A stretch of DNA of 64,000 bases from an uncultured Candidatus Saccharibacteria bacterium (GTDB lineage: Bacteria; Patescibacteriota; Minisyncoccia; Phycocordibacterales; PALSA-1337): NCBI GenBank assembly GCA_964600255.1, contig CAZRIX010000002.1, positions 34,067-98,066 of the forward strand, given 5' to 3'. The translations under genes were made by a program, and so were the position numbers. Below the pieces are notes generated by a model, which did no database searches, was not told the DNA's origin, and saw nothing but the letters and a program-made list of their open reading frames with translations. Shown piece after piece: positions 1 to 7,968 of the stretch. Positions within the stretch are counted from its first letter, which is position 1, and every line of letters starts with the position of its first letter.

Positions 1-957
1 GATTCTAACCGAGATGCTGAGAAGGACGTTTTCCGTATTATCGCGCGTCAGAACGAAGTACGTGGCTTTCTGAACGGTATTAAGGTTCGTGAGGATAAGT
101 TAATCATAGAAGATTCGAACTATAAGAGTGAAATGCAGCAAGCTTACTCAATAGTTGGTCGTGAAGCATTGGATAATGCAGATTTGATAGTCTCTGATGA
201 ACCAAGATCATCACAGTACGATCGCATGAAGCAAATAGAAAAAATAAAGGTGCGCATCGAGGATTCTGGTGCTGGTAATAGTATAGATATTCTACGTGAA
301 TATAAGGAGGTTGAGGACAGAGACAATTTCTTAGCAAAAGAATTGGTGGATCTAGAAGCTTCAAAAGCTAATCTTCATAATTTGATTGCTGATCTTGATG
401 CACGTTTGAATCTTGAATTCAAGGATGGAATACTAAAAATAAATGCACAGTTCCAGAACTATTTTTCTCTAATGTTTGGTGGTGGAAGTGCAAGTCTAAG
501 TGTTATACGAGAAAAGAAAAGAAAGAAGAAGTCTGATACAGATATCAGTGCTGTACTAGCAGATGATGCTGACGCTGGTGTTGAAGAAATGGAAGAAGGT
601 GAAGAGGGAATCGATATTTCTGTTAACCTACCACGCAAAAAAGTAAAAAGTCTAATGATGCTATCTGGTGGCGAAAGAGCACTGACCTCAATCGCATTAC
701 TTTTTGCTATATCATCGGTGAACCCACCTCCATTTATCATTCTCGATGAAACAGATGCAGCACTTGATGAGGCGAATTCACGTAAGTATGGAGATATGAT
801 CTCAAGTCTTTCACAGTACTCACAACTTATCCTAATCACACACAACCGCGAGACAATGTCACGAGCAGGAGTACTCTATGGAGTCACAATGGGTGGAGAT
901 GGATCGTCAAAGTTACTCTCAATTCAATTTGAAGAGGCGGTGAAGGTGGCGAAGTAG
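1..957 (+). CDS. smc: Chromosome segregation protein SMC, C-terminal part (5' end lies outside the window)
   Basis: The frame is open from base 1. It carries the ABC-ATPase signature and D-loop (LSGGERALTSIALLFAI...ILDETDAALD) and a C-terminal coiled-coil/hinge-proximal segment. Confidence 0.8.
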   Translation, partial: DSNRDAEKDVFRIIARQNEVRGFLNGIKVREDKLIIEDSNYKSEMQQAYSIVGREALDNADLIVSDEPRSSQYDRMKQIEKIKVRIEDSGAGNSIDILREYKEVEDRDNFLAKELVDLEASKANLHNLIADLDARLNLEFKDGILKINAQFQNYFSLMFGGGSASLSVIREKKRKKKSDTDISAVLADDADAGVEEMEEGEEGIDISVNLPRKKVKSLMMLSGGERALTSIALLFAISSVNPPPFIILDETDAALDEANSRKYGDMISSLSQYSQLILITHNRETMSRAGVLYGVTMGGDGSSKLLSIQFEEAVKVAK

Positions 958-983
958 GGAAAACTTAGAAAAATATGTGTTTA

Positions 984-1013
984 TTGACACATAGCGTCTA
1001 GTCATGATATAAT
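984..1013 (+). promoter_or_regulatory. Near-consensus sigma70 promoter, TTGACA-N18-TATAAT
   Basis: TTGACA at 984-989 and TATAAT at 1008-1013, read directly from the sequence, about 50-80 nt upstream of the secreted-protein ORF. Confidence 0.55.
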
Positions 1014-1064
1014 ATCAAAGTAAGTGATCATTGACAACCGAATCCAGCAGGCTCCTGTTGAGTA

Positions 1065-1484
1065 ATGCTGAATAGGTTAACTTTTACTACCGTTATGAAG
1101 AAGATGTTTCAGGTACTGGCCCTCATTGCGGCCTTCGCGTCTGTTCATGCAATTGACCAGACGCTCGGTATTGCCGAGCCGACCAAGGCCTTCAAGGGGG
1201 AGTTGTTCCAGGTGCCGGCGGAGATCACCGAGTTAGAGGTCAATCGTGATGACTACGAGGGGGAGGTCTGGTACGGGGTTTATACCCCAAACACCCCTGG
1301 TGGGTTCGTCAACTTCATGCAGTCCGACGATGGCACTCTCACCTCACTCAGGATCGTGGTCAACGACCAAACGGTGTACGAGTGGTCGTCGAAGCCGGGC
1401 CAGTCCGAGCCTAACAGGATCAAGATCGAGCTCGATGACTGGAAGGCCTTCTTCAAGAAGGATGTCCTCAGTCGGATGAAGTAA
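1065..1484 (+). CDS. Small secreted protein of unknown function; GC-rich islet
   Basis: N-terminal signal peptide (MKKMFQVLALIAAFASVHA), so the true start is probably the Met at 1095. Local GC is clearly higher than in the flanking genes. A hairpin terminator follows at about 1519-1550. Confidence 0.5.
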   Translation: MLNRLTFTTVMKKMFQVLALIAAFASVHAIDQTLGIAEPTKAFKGELFQVPAEITELEVNRDDYEGEVWYGVYTPNTPGGFVNFMQSDDGTLTSLRIVVNDQTVYEWSSKPGQSEPNRIKIELDDWKAFFKKDVLSRMK

Positions 1485-1584
1485 CTTTCGAGTTACCGTG
1501 CACAGCAACGAATGCTTAAGCTGGTCAGCCCCTGTGGTTGGCCAGTTTTTATTATATAGTCTATGTATTAAACAAAGCGTTATA

Positions 1585-3516
1585 TTAAGCCGGTACAAAA
1601 TCCAAAGTCTTTTTATCTAGATCTGCCGCCACTACTTTGAACTTGATAGGGTCCCCAAGAGTAAATCTCTTACCTGTCTTTTGTCCGATAATTGAATATG
1701 TTTTCTTGTCGAATTGATAGAAATCTGTACCAATGTTTCTGATATTTATCATTCCTTCTGACTTAGTTTCCTTTTCTTCTACATAGATTCCGTACTCTGT
1801 AACTCCGGAAATAGTGCCATCAAATACACTTCCAACTTTATCTGACATGTACTCGACTTGCTTTAGTTTCTTTGATTCTCGCTCTGCACTAGCAGCATCG
1901 ATCTCGCGAGCTGTAGATTTTTCGGCAATGTCTTGGAAGGCGATTATCTCTTTGTCACCAAATGTATCGTGCATCAAATGTCTCTGTAGAATTCTTTGGA
2001 TCAAAAGATCGGGGTAACGACGAATAGGTGAAGTGAAGTGAGTGTAGTACTCAAATGCTAGTCCGAAGTGGCCAATGTTCTTTGTTGAATACACAGCCTT
2101 TTGCATTGAACGAATCAAAGCTGTACTGATGAGTGCCTCATGCTGTGTGCCTTGTATTTGGTTCAATAGAGACTTTATGTCGCGTGCTGTGACTTTGCCA
2201 TCCTTAGTCTTTAGATCATAACCTAGAGCCTTTACAAATACTGCAAGGTCAGCCATACGTTCCTGGTCTGGTAGGTCGTGGATTCGGTAAAGTGAGCCTG
2301 TATCTCTTTTTCCTTTACTTTTAATTGCGTCAAAAATGAACCTAGCAACTTCACGGTTTGCCAATAGCATATATTCCTCAACTAGCTTGTGAGTATCAAG
2401 ACGTTCTTTCTTGTAAACTCCGATTGGCTTGCCATTTTCATCTAGCTTAAACTTTATTTCTTCCTGTTCGAACTCTATAGCGCCATTGTCATACTTTTGT
2501 TTCTGGAGTATTTTTGCAATCTCATTTAATTTATTTAATTCCTTAAAATACATTCCAGACTTTACATTCAAAACTTCCTGAGCATCTTCATATGTGAATC
2601 TGTGATCAGAGTTTATGATCGTTTTGCCAAAATGTCTTTCAAGTACGTCACCTTTTTCATTTAGAACAAACCATGCAGAGAAAGTAAGCTTGTCTTCATG
2701 TGGATTAAGACTACAAACGTCGTTTGATAGGACCTCAGGAAGCATTGGTATTGTACGATCTACTAGATATATGGAACAACCGCGCTTCAAAGCCTCTTTA
2801 TCAAGTTCTGAACCTACTGCTACATAATGAGATACGTCGGCAATGTGTACTCCGATTTCGTATTTGCCGTTACCGACTTCCTTGAATGAAATAGCGTCAT
2901 CGAAGTCTTTTGCATCAAATGGATCGATAGTAAAAGTAAGTGTCTTTCGGAAATCGACACGTTTTGGAATCTCATTTGCTATGTCGGTGTTTTTGTTCTT
3001 CTCGATTGTGTCAGCTTCGGCTTCGACTGCAGGAGGGAAGTTGATCTCGAATCCTTTCTCGAGAACAATAGATTCCATCTCTACATTGTTATTACCTTTG
3101 CGTCCAAGTATGCGGATGATGTCACCCTCAGGGTTTACCTTTGGATCTGTCCATTCACGCATTTTGACGTAAACTTTGTCACCTATAGATACCTTGGTCT
3201 GATCTTCTTTTGATAGGCGAATAGAAGCATAGGCCTTTTTATCATCAGGATATGCTGTTAGAACTCCTTCGCGAGAATCAACTATACAAACAAAAGAGTC
3301 ACGAGCTCGTTTTATAACCTTTGTTACTTCAGCTGTTTGCTGCTTGAATGAATTGGTCTTACCTAGCTTAACCTCTACAATATCTCCGTTTAGAGCTGTA
3401 TTTAGATTACCTATTTCAACTATTATATCTTTCTCTGCATCCTCTGGGTTTCTTATGTATCCGATTCCTTTACGAGTAGTGATTATTGTACCTTGCATTA
3501 TTACGTCTTTTTTCAT
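1585..3516 (-). CDS. rnr: RNase R / RNase II family 3'-5' exoribonuclease (RNB domain), short form
   Basis: RNB catalytic-domain motifs (HFGLAFEYYTHFTSPIRRYPDL), an N-terminal cold-shock-like region and a C-terminal S1-like region. At 643 aa it is shorter than a typical RNase R. Confidence 0.85.
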   Translation of the reverse strand: MKKDVIMQGTIITTRKGIGYIRNPEDAEKDIIVEIGNLNTALNGDIVEVKLGKTNSFKQQTAEVTKVIKRARDSFVCIVDSREGVLTAYPDDKKAYASIRLSKEDQTKVSIGDKVYVKMREWTDPKVNPEGDIIRILGRKGNNNVEMESIVLEKGFEINFPPAVEAEADTIEKNKNTDIANEIPKRVDFRKTLTFTIDPFDAKDFDDAISFKEVGNGKYEIGVHIADVSHYVAVGSELDKEALKRGCSIYLVDRTIPMLPEVLSNDVCSLNPHEDKLTFSAWFVLNEKGDVLERHFGKTIINSDHRFTYEDAQEVLNVKSGMYFKELNKLNEIAKILQKQKYDNGAIEFEQEEIKFKLDENGKPIGVYKKERLDTHKLVEEYMLLANREVARFIFDAIKSKGKRDTGSLYRIHDLPDQERMADLAVFVKALGYDLKTKDGKVTARDIKSLLNQIQGTQHEALISTALIRSMQKAVYSTKNIGHFGLAFEYYTHFTSPIRRYPDLLIQRILQRHLMHDTFGDKEIIAFQDIAEKSTAREIDAASAERESKKLKQVEYMSDKVGSVFDGTISGVTEYGIYVEEKETKSEGMINIRNIGTDFYQFDKKTYSIIGQKTGKRFTLGDPIKFKVVAADLDKKTLDFVPA

Positions 3517-3605
3517 GTGAATACTATAGCTTAAATATGAGCTTGTATCAATGTATGTGTGGTAAGTGTTGACGTTTTTTATGCATTCTGCTAGTATATC
3601 TCCAC

Positions 3606-3953
3606 ATGTTAATGATACGTCTACAACGAGTAGGAAGAAAGCACGAACCAGTTTTTCGTCTTGTTCTTACTGATTCAAAAAATAGTACAAAGAGTGGCAA
3701 GTACATCGAGGTACTTGGTTCATATGATCCAAGACAAGAAAACAAGATTGAGCAGTTCAATCTTGCAAAGATCAAGGAACATATGTCAAAGGGTGCTAAG
3801 CTTTCAGACACAGTTCATAACTTCCTAGTTAGTAAGAAGGCAATAGATGGAAAGAAGAAGAATGTTCTTCCAAAGAAGACTCCTATAAAGAAGGATGCCC
3901 CTGAAGGTGAGGCAAAGCCAGCTCCTGCTCCAGCAGCTGCACCTGCTGCTTAG
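3606..3953 (+). CDS. rpsP: 30S ribosomal protein S16
   Basis: The MIRLQRVGRKHEPVFRLVLTD N-terminus is canonical S16. The Met at 3612 is the likelier start. It has a C-terminal low-complexity Ala/Pro/Lys tail. Confidence 0.9.
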   Translation: MLMIRLQRVGRKHEPVFRLVLTDSKNSTKSGKYIEVLGSYDPRQENKIEQFNLAKIKEHMSKGAKLSDTVHNFLVSKKAIDGKKKNVLPKKTPIKKDAPEGEAKPAPAPAAAPAA

Positions 3954-4077
3954 TTTGTTTGAATGCCGGTGTTTTTAATATATTTCTATATATTTGACAC
4001 TGTGTAAAACTCGCTTTTAATATATCCATAGTACGGTACAATTATCCAGAGACGATTATAAAATAAGAAAAACAGAA

Positions 4078-4392
4078 ATGAACAATATTGACCAGCAATT
4101 TTTAGACTACGTAGTTAAAGGACTAGTAGATAATCCAAATGATGTAAAGATTACAAGAACAGTAGATGAAATGGGAGTACTTTTGACACTAGAAGTAAGT
4201 GCGGCTGATATGGGAAAAGTTATCGGTCGTTCAGGTAACACAGCAAAAGCTATCAGAACTCTACTTCGCGTAGTGGGCATGAAGAATAATTCAAGAGTGA
4301 ACTTAAAGATTAATGAACCGGAAGGGGGGATCAAGGTTCCCGGATCAACAATGAAAACAGTTGATGAAGCAATGGCGGATTTGAATCTATAA
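4078..4392 (+). CDS. KH-domain RNA-binding protein (UPF0109/YlqC-like)
   Basis: KH motif VIGRSGNTAKAIRTLL. It sits downstream of rpsP, as this protein does in many bacteria. Confidence 0.8.
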   Translation: MNNIDQQFLDYVVKGLVDNPNDVKITRTVDEMGVLLTLEVSAADMGKVIGRSGNTAKAIRTLLRVVGMKNNSRVNLKINEPEGGIKVPGSTMKTVDEAMADLNL

Positions 4393-4413
4393 TAAAAAAT
4401 AATCTCAAAACAG

Positions 4414-4444
4414 AAGCCACTCGAAAGGGTGGTTTTTGTTTTGC
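4414..4444 (+). terminator. Intrinsic terminator after the KH gene
   Basis: aagCCACTCgaaaGGGTGGtttttgtttt: a 6-bp stem, GAAA loop and T-tract. Confidence 0.6.
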
Positions 4445-4507
4445 TCCTATATAGACCATATACTCATGATGTGGTATATTGTTGGCTGGTAAGAGAAAGG
4501 GTAATAG

Positions 4508-4882
4508 ATGAAACATGCTAAGTTAAAAGAATCGCCACTTGACGAAGTTGTGCATATACATGCCGTAGCACAGCACAATATCGAGGCGTACGAGAGAATG
4601 CCATTCAAACGCCTCGTCGGTCTGCTGCCGCATCTGCTCACAACCATCAACTGCTGGTTGCATCAGACTGATACCAAGATGCTCGGTCTGTGCAATGGGA
4701 ATAAGGCTTCGCTCAGGCGCTGGGCAAGTAGGGCCGACTTGATTCTGCGACACATCCACAGTCTTGAGCGCCTAGCGTCTCAAGATAAACCGCCTCGCCA
4801 AGAGGTAATTGCACAGTTGGCATTGATTGAAGCATATCGAGCTGGTGCCAGCTCAACCCTAGCCATCAACGGTGTCCTCTAG
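4508..4882 (+). CDS. Hypothetical protein; GC-rich; paralog of the ORF at 5020
   Basis: Open frame in a GC-rich segment. It shares the C-terminal motif I.QLALIEAYR with the next ORF. A hairpin terminator follows at about 4895-4930. Confidence 0.5.
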   Translation: MKHAKLKESPLDEVVHIHAVAQHNIEAYERMPFKRLVGLLPHLLTTINCWLHQTDTKMLGLCNGNKASLRRWASRADLILRHIHSLERLASQDKPPRQEVIAQLALIEAYRAGASSTLAINGVL

Positions 4883-5019
4883 GACACCCCTTTCACAACT
4901 TCGCGCAGCCACCTTTGTGTGGCGCGCGATTTTCTTTCAGCATTTTATAAGTTGAATTATTATTAAAAAAACGTATTATGCTTAGGAAAACTGCACTACA
5001 CAACAAAACATAGAAATAA

Positions 5020-5433
5020 ATGAGCAAAACATTCATCAGGGTTCCAGAGTATGAAGTAGCTTACATCCAAGGATTCACATCACGATGCATGGTTGCTCTG
5101 CAATCGCTAGTGGGTAGAGATCTTAGTGATCTAAGAAAGATGGTTTCCAATTATCGCAGTACCTTTATAGGACTCGGGGCGTCGATGATGCAACTACTCA
5201 AGGATGATGTTACTGAGTCTCATAACTGGACCGTCAGATTCGATCAAGTCATGGCTATGATTGATGAGGTTGAGCAACTACTCACCACTTATCCTGAAAC
5301 ACCCAATGACTGGCAAAAGGTGATAGGACGGATTGCTATCATTGAGGCGTATCGTGATAGTACGGATTGTACAATTCGAACCAACATCGCGCGCGCCTCA
5401 AATGAAGGTGAGATACAGTCTCTTTCAGCTTGA
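5020..5433 (+). CDS. Hypothetical protein; paralog of the ORF at 4508
   Basis: Shares ...VIGRIAIIEAYRDS... with the ORF at 4508. No recognisable domain. Confidence 0.5.
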   Translation: MSKTFIRVPEYEVAYIQGFTSRCMVALQSLVGRDLSDLRKMVSNYRSTFIGLGASMMQLLKDDVTESHNWTVRFDQVMAMIDEVEQLLTTYPETPNDWQKVIGRIAIIEAYRDSTDCTIRTNIARASNEGEIQSLSA

Positions 5434-5502
5434 AGGTGATCTCTCGTGACAAATTCAACATTCCGTGGTATTGTGTGATAACACCTACCACGGGATTTTT
5501 TT

Positions 5503-6186
5503 ATGAAATACCACATAATCACATTGTTTCCGCAAAGCCTCGATTCATATCTAAGTGAGTCTATTTTGAAACGCGCAATAGAGAAAAAGAAAATAGAGGT
5601 TAAGTTCTATAATCCTAGAGAATTCGCAACAACAAAGAAGAATCCAACATACTCAGACCTACGAGTTGATAACAAGCCATATGGCGGCGGTCCAGGAATG
5701 ATAATCGAGGCACTTCCAGTTATTCGTGCTATCGACAAAGCGGTTGGTAAAAAATTAAAAGATAAGAAAACTAAGTCTAAAGTTAAAATAGTCTGGTTTA
5801 GTCCATCTGGTAAACAGTTCGATACTGAGCAGGCCAAAACTTTTTCAAATAAACTCACTGACATAGTATTTATCTGTGGAAGATATGAAGGGATAGACGC
5901 TAGAGTTAAGAAAGCTTTTAAGGTTGAAGATATATCAGTAGGACCATTTGTCCTTACAGGAGGTGAATTGCCAGCTATGATCCTGATAGACACAATTTCT
6001 CGTCAGATAGAAGGGGTACTTGGAGACCATGCTTCACTAGAAGAAAATAGAATAGCCAGTCCAGATGTATATACTCGCCCAGAAGTAGTACAATATAAGG
6101 GTAAGAACTACAAAGTACCAAAGGTACTTCTGTCGGGTAACCACAAACTTATAGATGAATGGAGAAAACAACAGGGTCAGAAATAG
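5503..6186 (+). CDS. trmD: tRNA (guanine37-N1)-methyltransferase
   Basis: MKYHIITLFPQ... with RVDNKPYGGGPGMI, which matches the TrmD SPOUT-family signature. Confidence 0.9.
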   Translation: MKYHIITLFPQSLDSYLSESILKRAIEKKKIEVKFYNPREFATTKKNPTYSDLRVDNKPYGGGPGMIIEALPVIRAIDKAVGKKLKDKKTKSKVKIVWFSPSGKQFDTEQAKTFSNKLTDIVFICGRYEGIDARVKKAFKVEDISVGPFVLTGGELPAMILIDTISRQIEGVLGDHASLEENRIASPDVYTRPEVVQYKGKNYKVPKVLLSGNHKLIDEWRKQQGQK

Positions 6187-7117
6187 TCTCATAGTAGTTA
6201 CAGCTACTGTCCCATTTATTTTTATTGCTCTACTTTTTTATCTAAAACCAAATCAAATAAGCTTTGATCAATACACAGCTAACCATCACTATGTTCAGAA
6301 TGTAAAACTTTTGATAGTTGGAGACATTATGCTTGATCGTAATGTTCGAAATATTATAAATAAAAATGGATTCGAAAGTTTTTTTGCTGGTGTTAGAGAT
6401 CTCATTCAAAACGCCGACATATCGATTGCAAACTTAGAGGGTGCATTTACTACAAACCCTTCAGTTACCGCTAGTCTGGTTAGTAAGGAATTGATTTTTA
6501 CATTTGATCCTGTGCTTGCACCAAAGCTATCTGTGCTCGGATTCGATATTATGGGGCTTGCGAATAACCATACATATAACTACGGTGCCAAGGGTCTGGA
6601 ATCTACACGTAGATACGTAGGTACTGCCGGTATGCTCTACTACGGAGATCCGTTTAATAGGACTGAAATAAGTACGATAATAATAAAGAATGGAATAAGA
6701 ATAGGTGTGGTCGGTTTTCATGAGTTTTATTACACTAATTTTAATAATGTATTTTCAGAGATATCACGCTTAAGAAGTGAGGTGGATGTACTAATAGTTA
6801 CTCCACATTGGGGTGTTGAGTATCAGAAAGAACCAACAAAGAAGATGAAAGAGTGGGCTCACGCATTCATCGATAGTGGCGCCGATGCTGTTGTCGGTAC
6901 TCATACTCATATAGTAGGTGATACTGAGGTATATAAAGGTAAGAAAATATACTATTCACTAGGGAACTTTGCTTTCGATCAGTATTTCTCAAAGGCAACT
7001 AGTCAGGGATTGGCTGTCATTCTCGATATTGGAAAAGAAAGTGAAGGAATAACTATAGACTTTACAGATATACCAGTATATATAGACCGAACAGGGGTAA
7101 GAGTAGGAAGTATTTAA
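6155..7117 (+). CDS. CapA/PgsA-family metallophosphatase-fold protein (poly-gamma-glutamate capsule biosynthesis-like)
   Basis: N-terminal TM helix, then the calcineurin-like motifs LIVGDIMLDR and GLANNHTYNYG. Its 5' end overlaps trmD, and its last 50 nt fall inside the direct repeat described below. Confidence 0.75.
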   Translation: MNGENNRVRNSLIVVTATVPFIFIALLFYLKPNQISFDQYTANHHYVQNVKLLIVGDIMLDRNVRNIINKNGFESFFAGVRDLIQNADISIANLEGAFTTNPSVTASLVSKELIFTFDPVLAPKLSVLGFDIMGLANNHTYNYGAKGLESTRRYVGTAGMLYYGDPFNRTEISTIIIKNGIRIGVVGFHEFYYTNFNNVFSEISRLRSEVDVLIVTPHWGVEYQKEPTKKMKEWAHAFIDSGADAVVGTHTHIVGDTEVYKGKKIYYSLGNFAFDQYFSKATSQGLAVILDIGKESEGITIDFTDIPVYIDRTGVRVGSI

Positions 7118-7287
7118 CCCACTTGACAAATATCCTAGATATGCTAGGATATTAGAGGATCAACAGGGAAAGTCTATAAAAGCCAATAGGCTCTTTCAAG
7201 GGGATCCACAAATACAAATTCTCAAAAAGAGAAAGGAGTTAGCAACTCAGAACCCGATGTCTGCAGCCAATGCAAGCTAGGGCTAGT
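7068..7287 (+). repeat. Direct repeat, copy 1 (about 220 bp): CapA 3' end, operator/promoter palindrome and 5' part of a putative small RNA
   Basis: It is largely identical at both ends to 7343-7554, with a divergent internal hairpin (see the finding). Confidence 0.8.
7123..7153 (+). promoter_or_regulatory. TTGACA -35 box followed by a perfect 10-bp inverted repeat (AATATCCTAG-atatg-CTAGGATATT)
   Basis: Read directly from the sequence. This is an operator-like palindrome occupying the promoter spacer. Confidence 0.55.
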
Positions 7288-7335
7288 AAAATTAAGTTCA
7301 TGCAGAAATAAAACCGGCCGTAAAACGCCGGTTTC
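7155..7335 (+). ncRNA. Candidate small RNA 1 (unidentified), bounded by promoter/operator and intrinsic terminator
   Basis: No ORF. It contains internal hairpins and ends with aaaaCCGGCcgtaaaacGCCGGttt plus a T-tract (7311-7338). Confidence 0.3.
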
Positions 7336-7342
7336 TTCTTGT

Positions 7343-7554
7343 ATACCGATATATATAGACCTAACAGGGGTAAGAGTGGGTAGTATTTAACCCCCCTTGA
7401 CAAATATCCTAGATATGATAGGATATTAGAGGATCAACAGGGAAGTGTGCCGCTAGGCACCTTCTAGGGGATCCACAAATACAAATTCTCCAAAAGAGAA
7501 AGGAGTTGACCACTCGGAACCCGATGTCTGCAGCCAATGCAAGCTAGGGCTAGT
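7343..7554 (+). repeat. Direct repeat, copy 2, including a remnant of the CapA C-terminal coding sequence
   Basis: Near-identical to 7068-7287. It carries a second TTGACA plus palindrome (7397-7427) with one mismatch in the right arm. Confidence 0.8.
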
Positions 7555-7765
7555 CGACAAGTATTAAACCTACGGAATTAACGAAACCTACGTAAGAAGA
7601 AAGGCGCTAGTAACTAGTCACCCAAATGTTTACAGCAGCCAAAACTACCTTCCCAGAGGTAGTCGCCGTAAGCAAGGGCTGGTAAAAGAGTAAAAAAAAT
7701 AAAACGAGTTGGTATTAAAGAAAGAATAAAATGACCGGCGTCCTCAGAGGATCGCCGGTCTAATC
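7429..7765 (+). ncRNA. Candidate small RNA 2 (unidentified, about 330 nt): longer paralog of RNA 1 with a roughly 200-nt unique 3' extension
   Basis: Its 5' part is shared with RNA 1 but has a different internal hairpin (gtgccGCTAggcac versus agccAATaggct). It ends in a strong terminator GACCGGCGtcctcagaggatCGCCGGTC plus T-tract (7733-7768). No ORF. Confidence 0.3.
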
Positions 7766-7968
7766 TTTTATAAAAACCCAAAAACTGTGTATAAACCCAT
7801 TGACTTCTCTCTATATCTCTGCTAAGCTCACCCTAACTTCATTAGATTGTGTTACTCTTGCAAATTGAAGGATTTCGTTAGTATTCATTAGGTAGTGAGC
7901 GCACCCATTGAGTTTTATTACTAATTATTAATCCTTAGCATTTTTTGCTATTTTTGTTTACACTTTTT

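Noticed and set aside
459-845. Numerous antisense or overlapping ORFs in the six-frame track. Examples are 459-845(-), 2615-3172(+), 9528-9809(-), 28076-28717(-), 54823-55413(-), 55824-56324(-) and 59780-60175(-).
   Set aside because: They lie entirely inside well-supported conserved genes on the opposite strand or in alternative frames. They have low-complexity or Ser/Leu/Arg-rich composition typical of spurious frames.
7429-7765. tmRNA, RNase P RNA or SRP RNA identity for the long candidate RNA upstream of rpoB. The cues were GCAGCCAA, AGGGAAAGTC and CAGAACCCG resembling tag-start, P4 and SRP helix-8 motifs.
   Set aside because: There is no tRNA-like T-arm (GGTTCGAAT) or CCA-proximal acceptor for tmRNA, and candidate tag frames end atypically (…SKGW). 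The P4-like match is in copy 1 only, and other RNase P universal motifs are absent. There is no GNRA-capped helix with AGCAGCC spacing for SRP. It is left as unidentified RNA.
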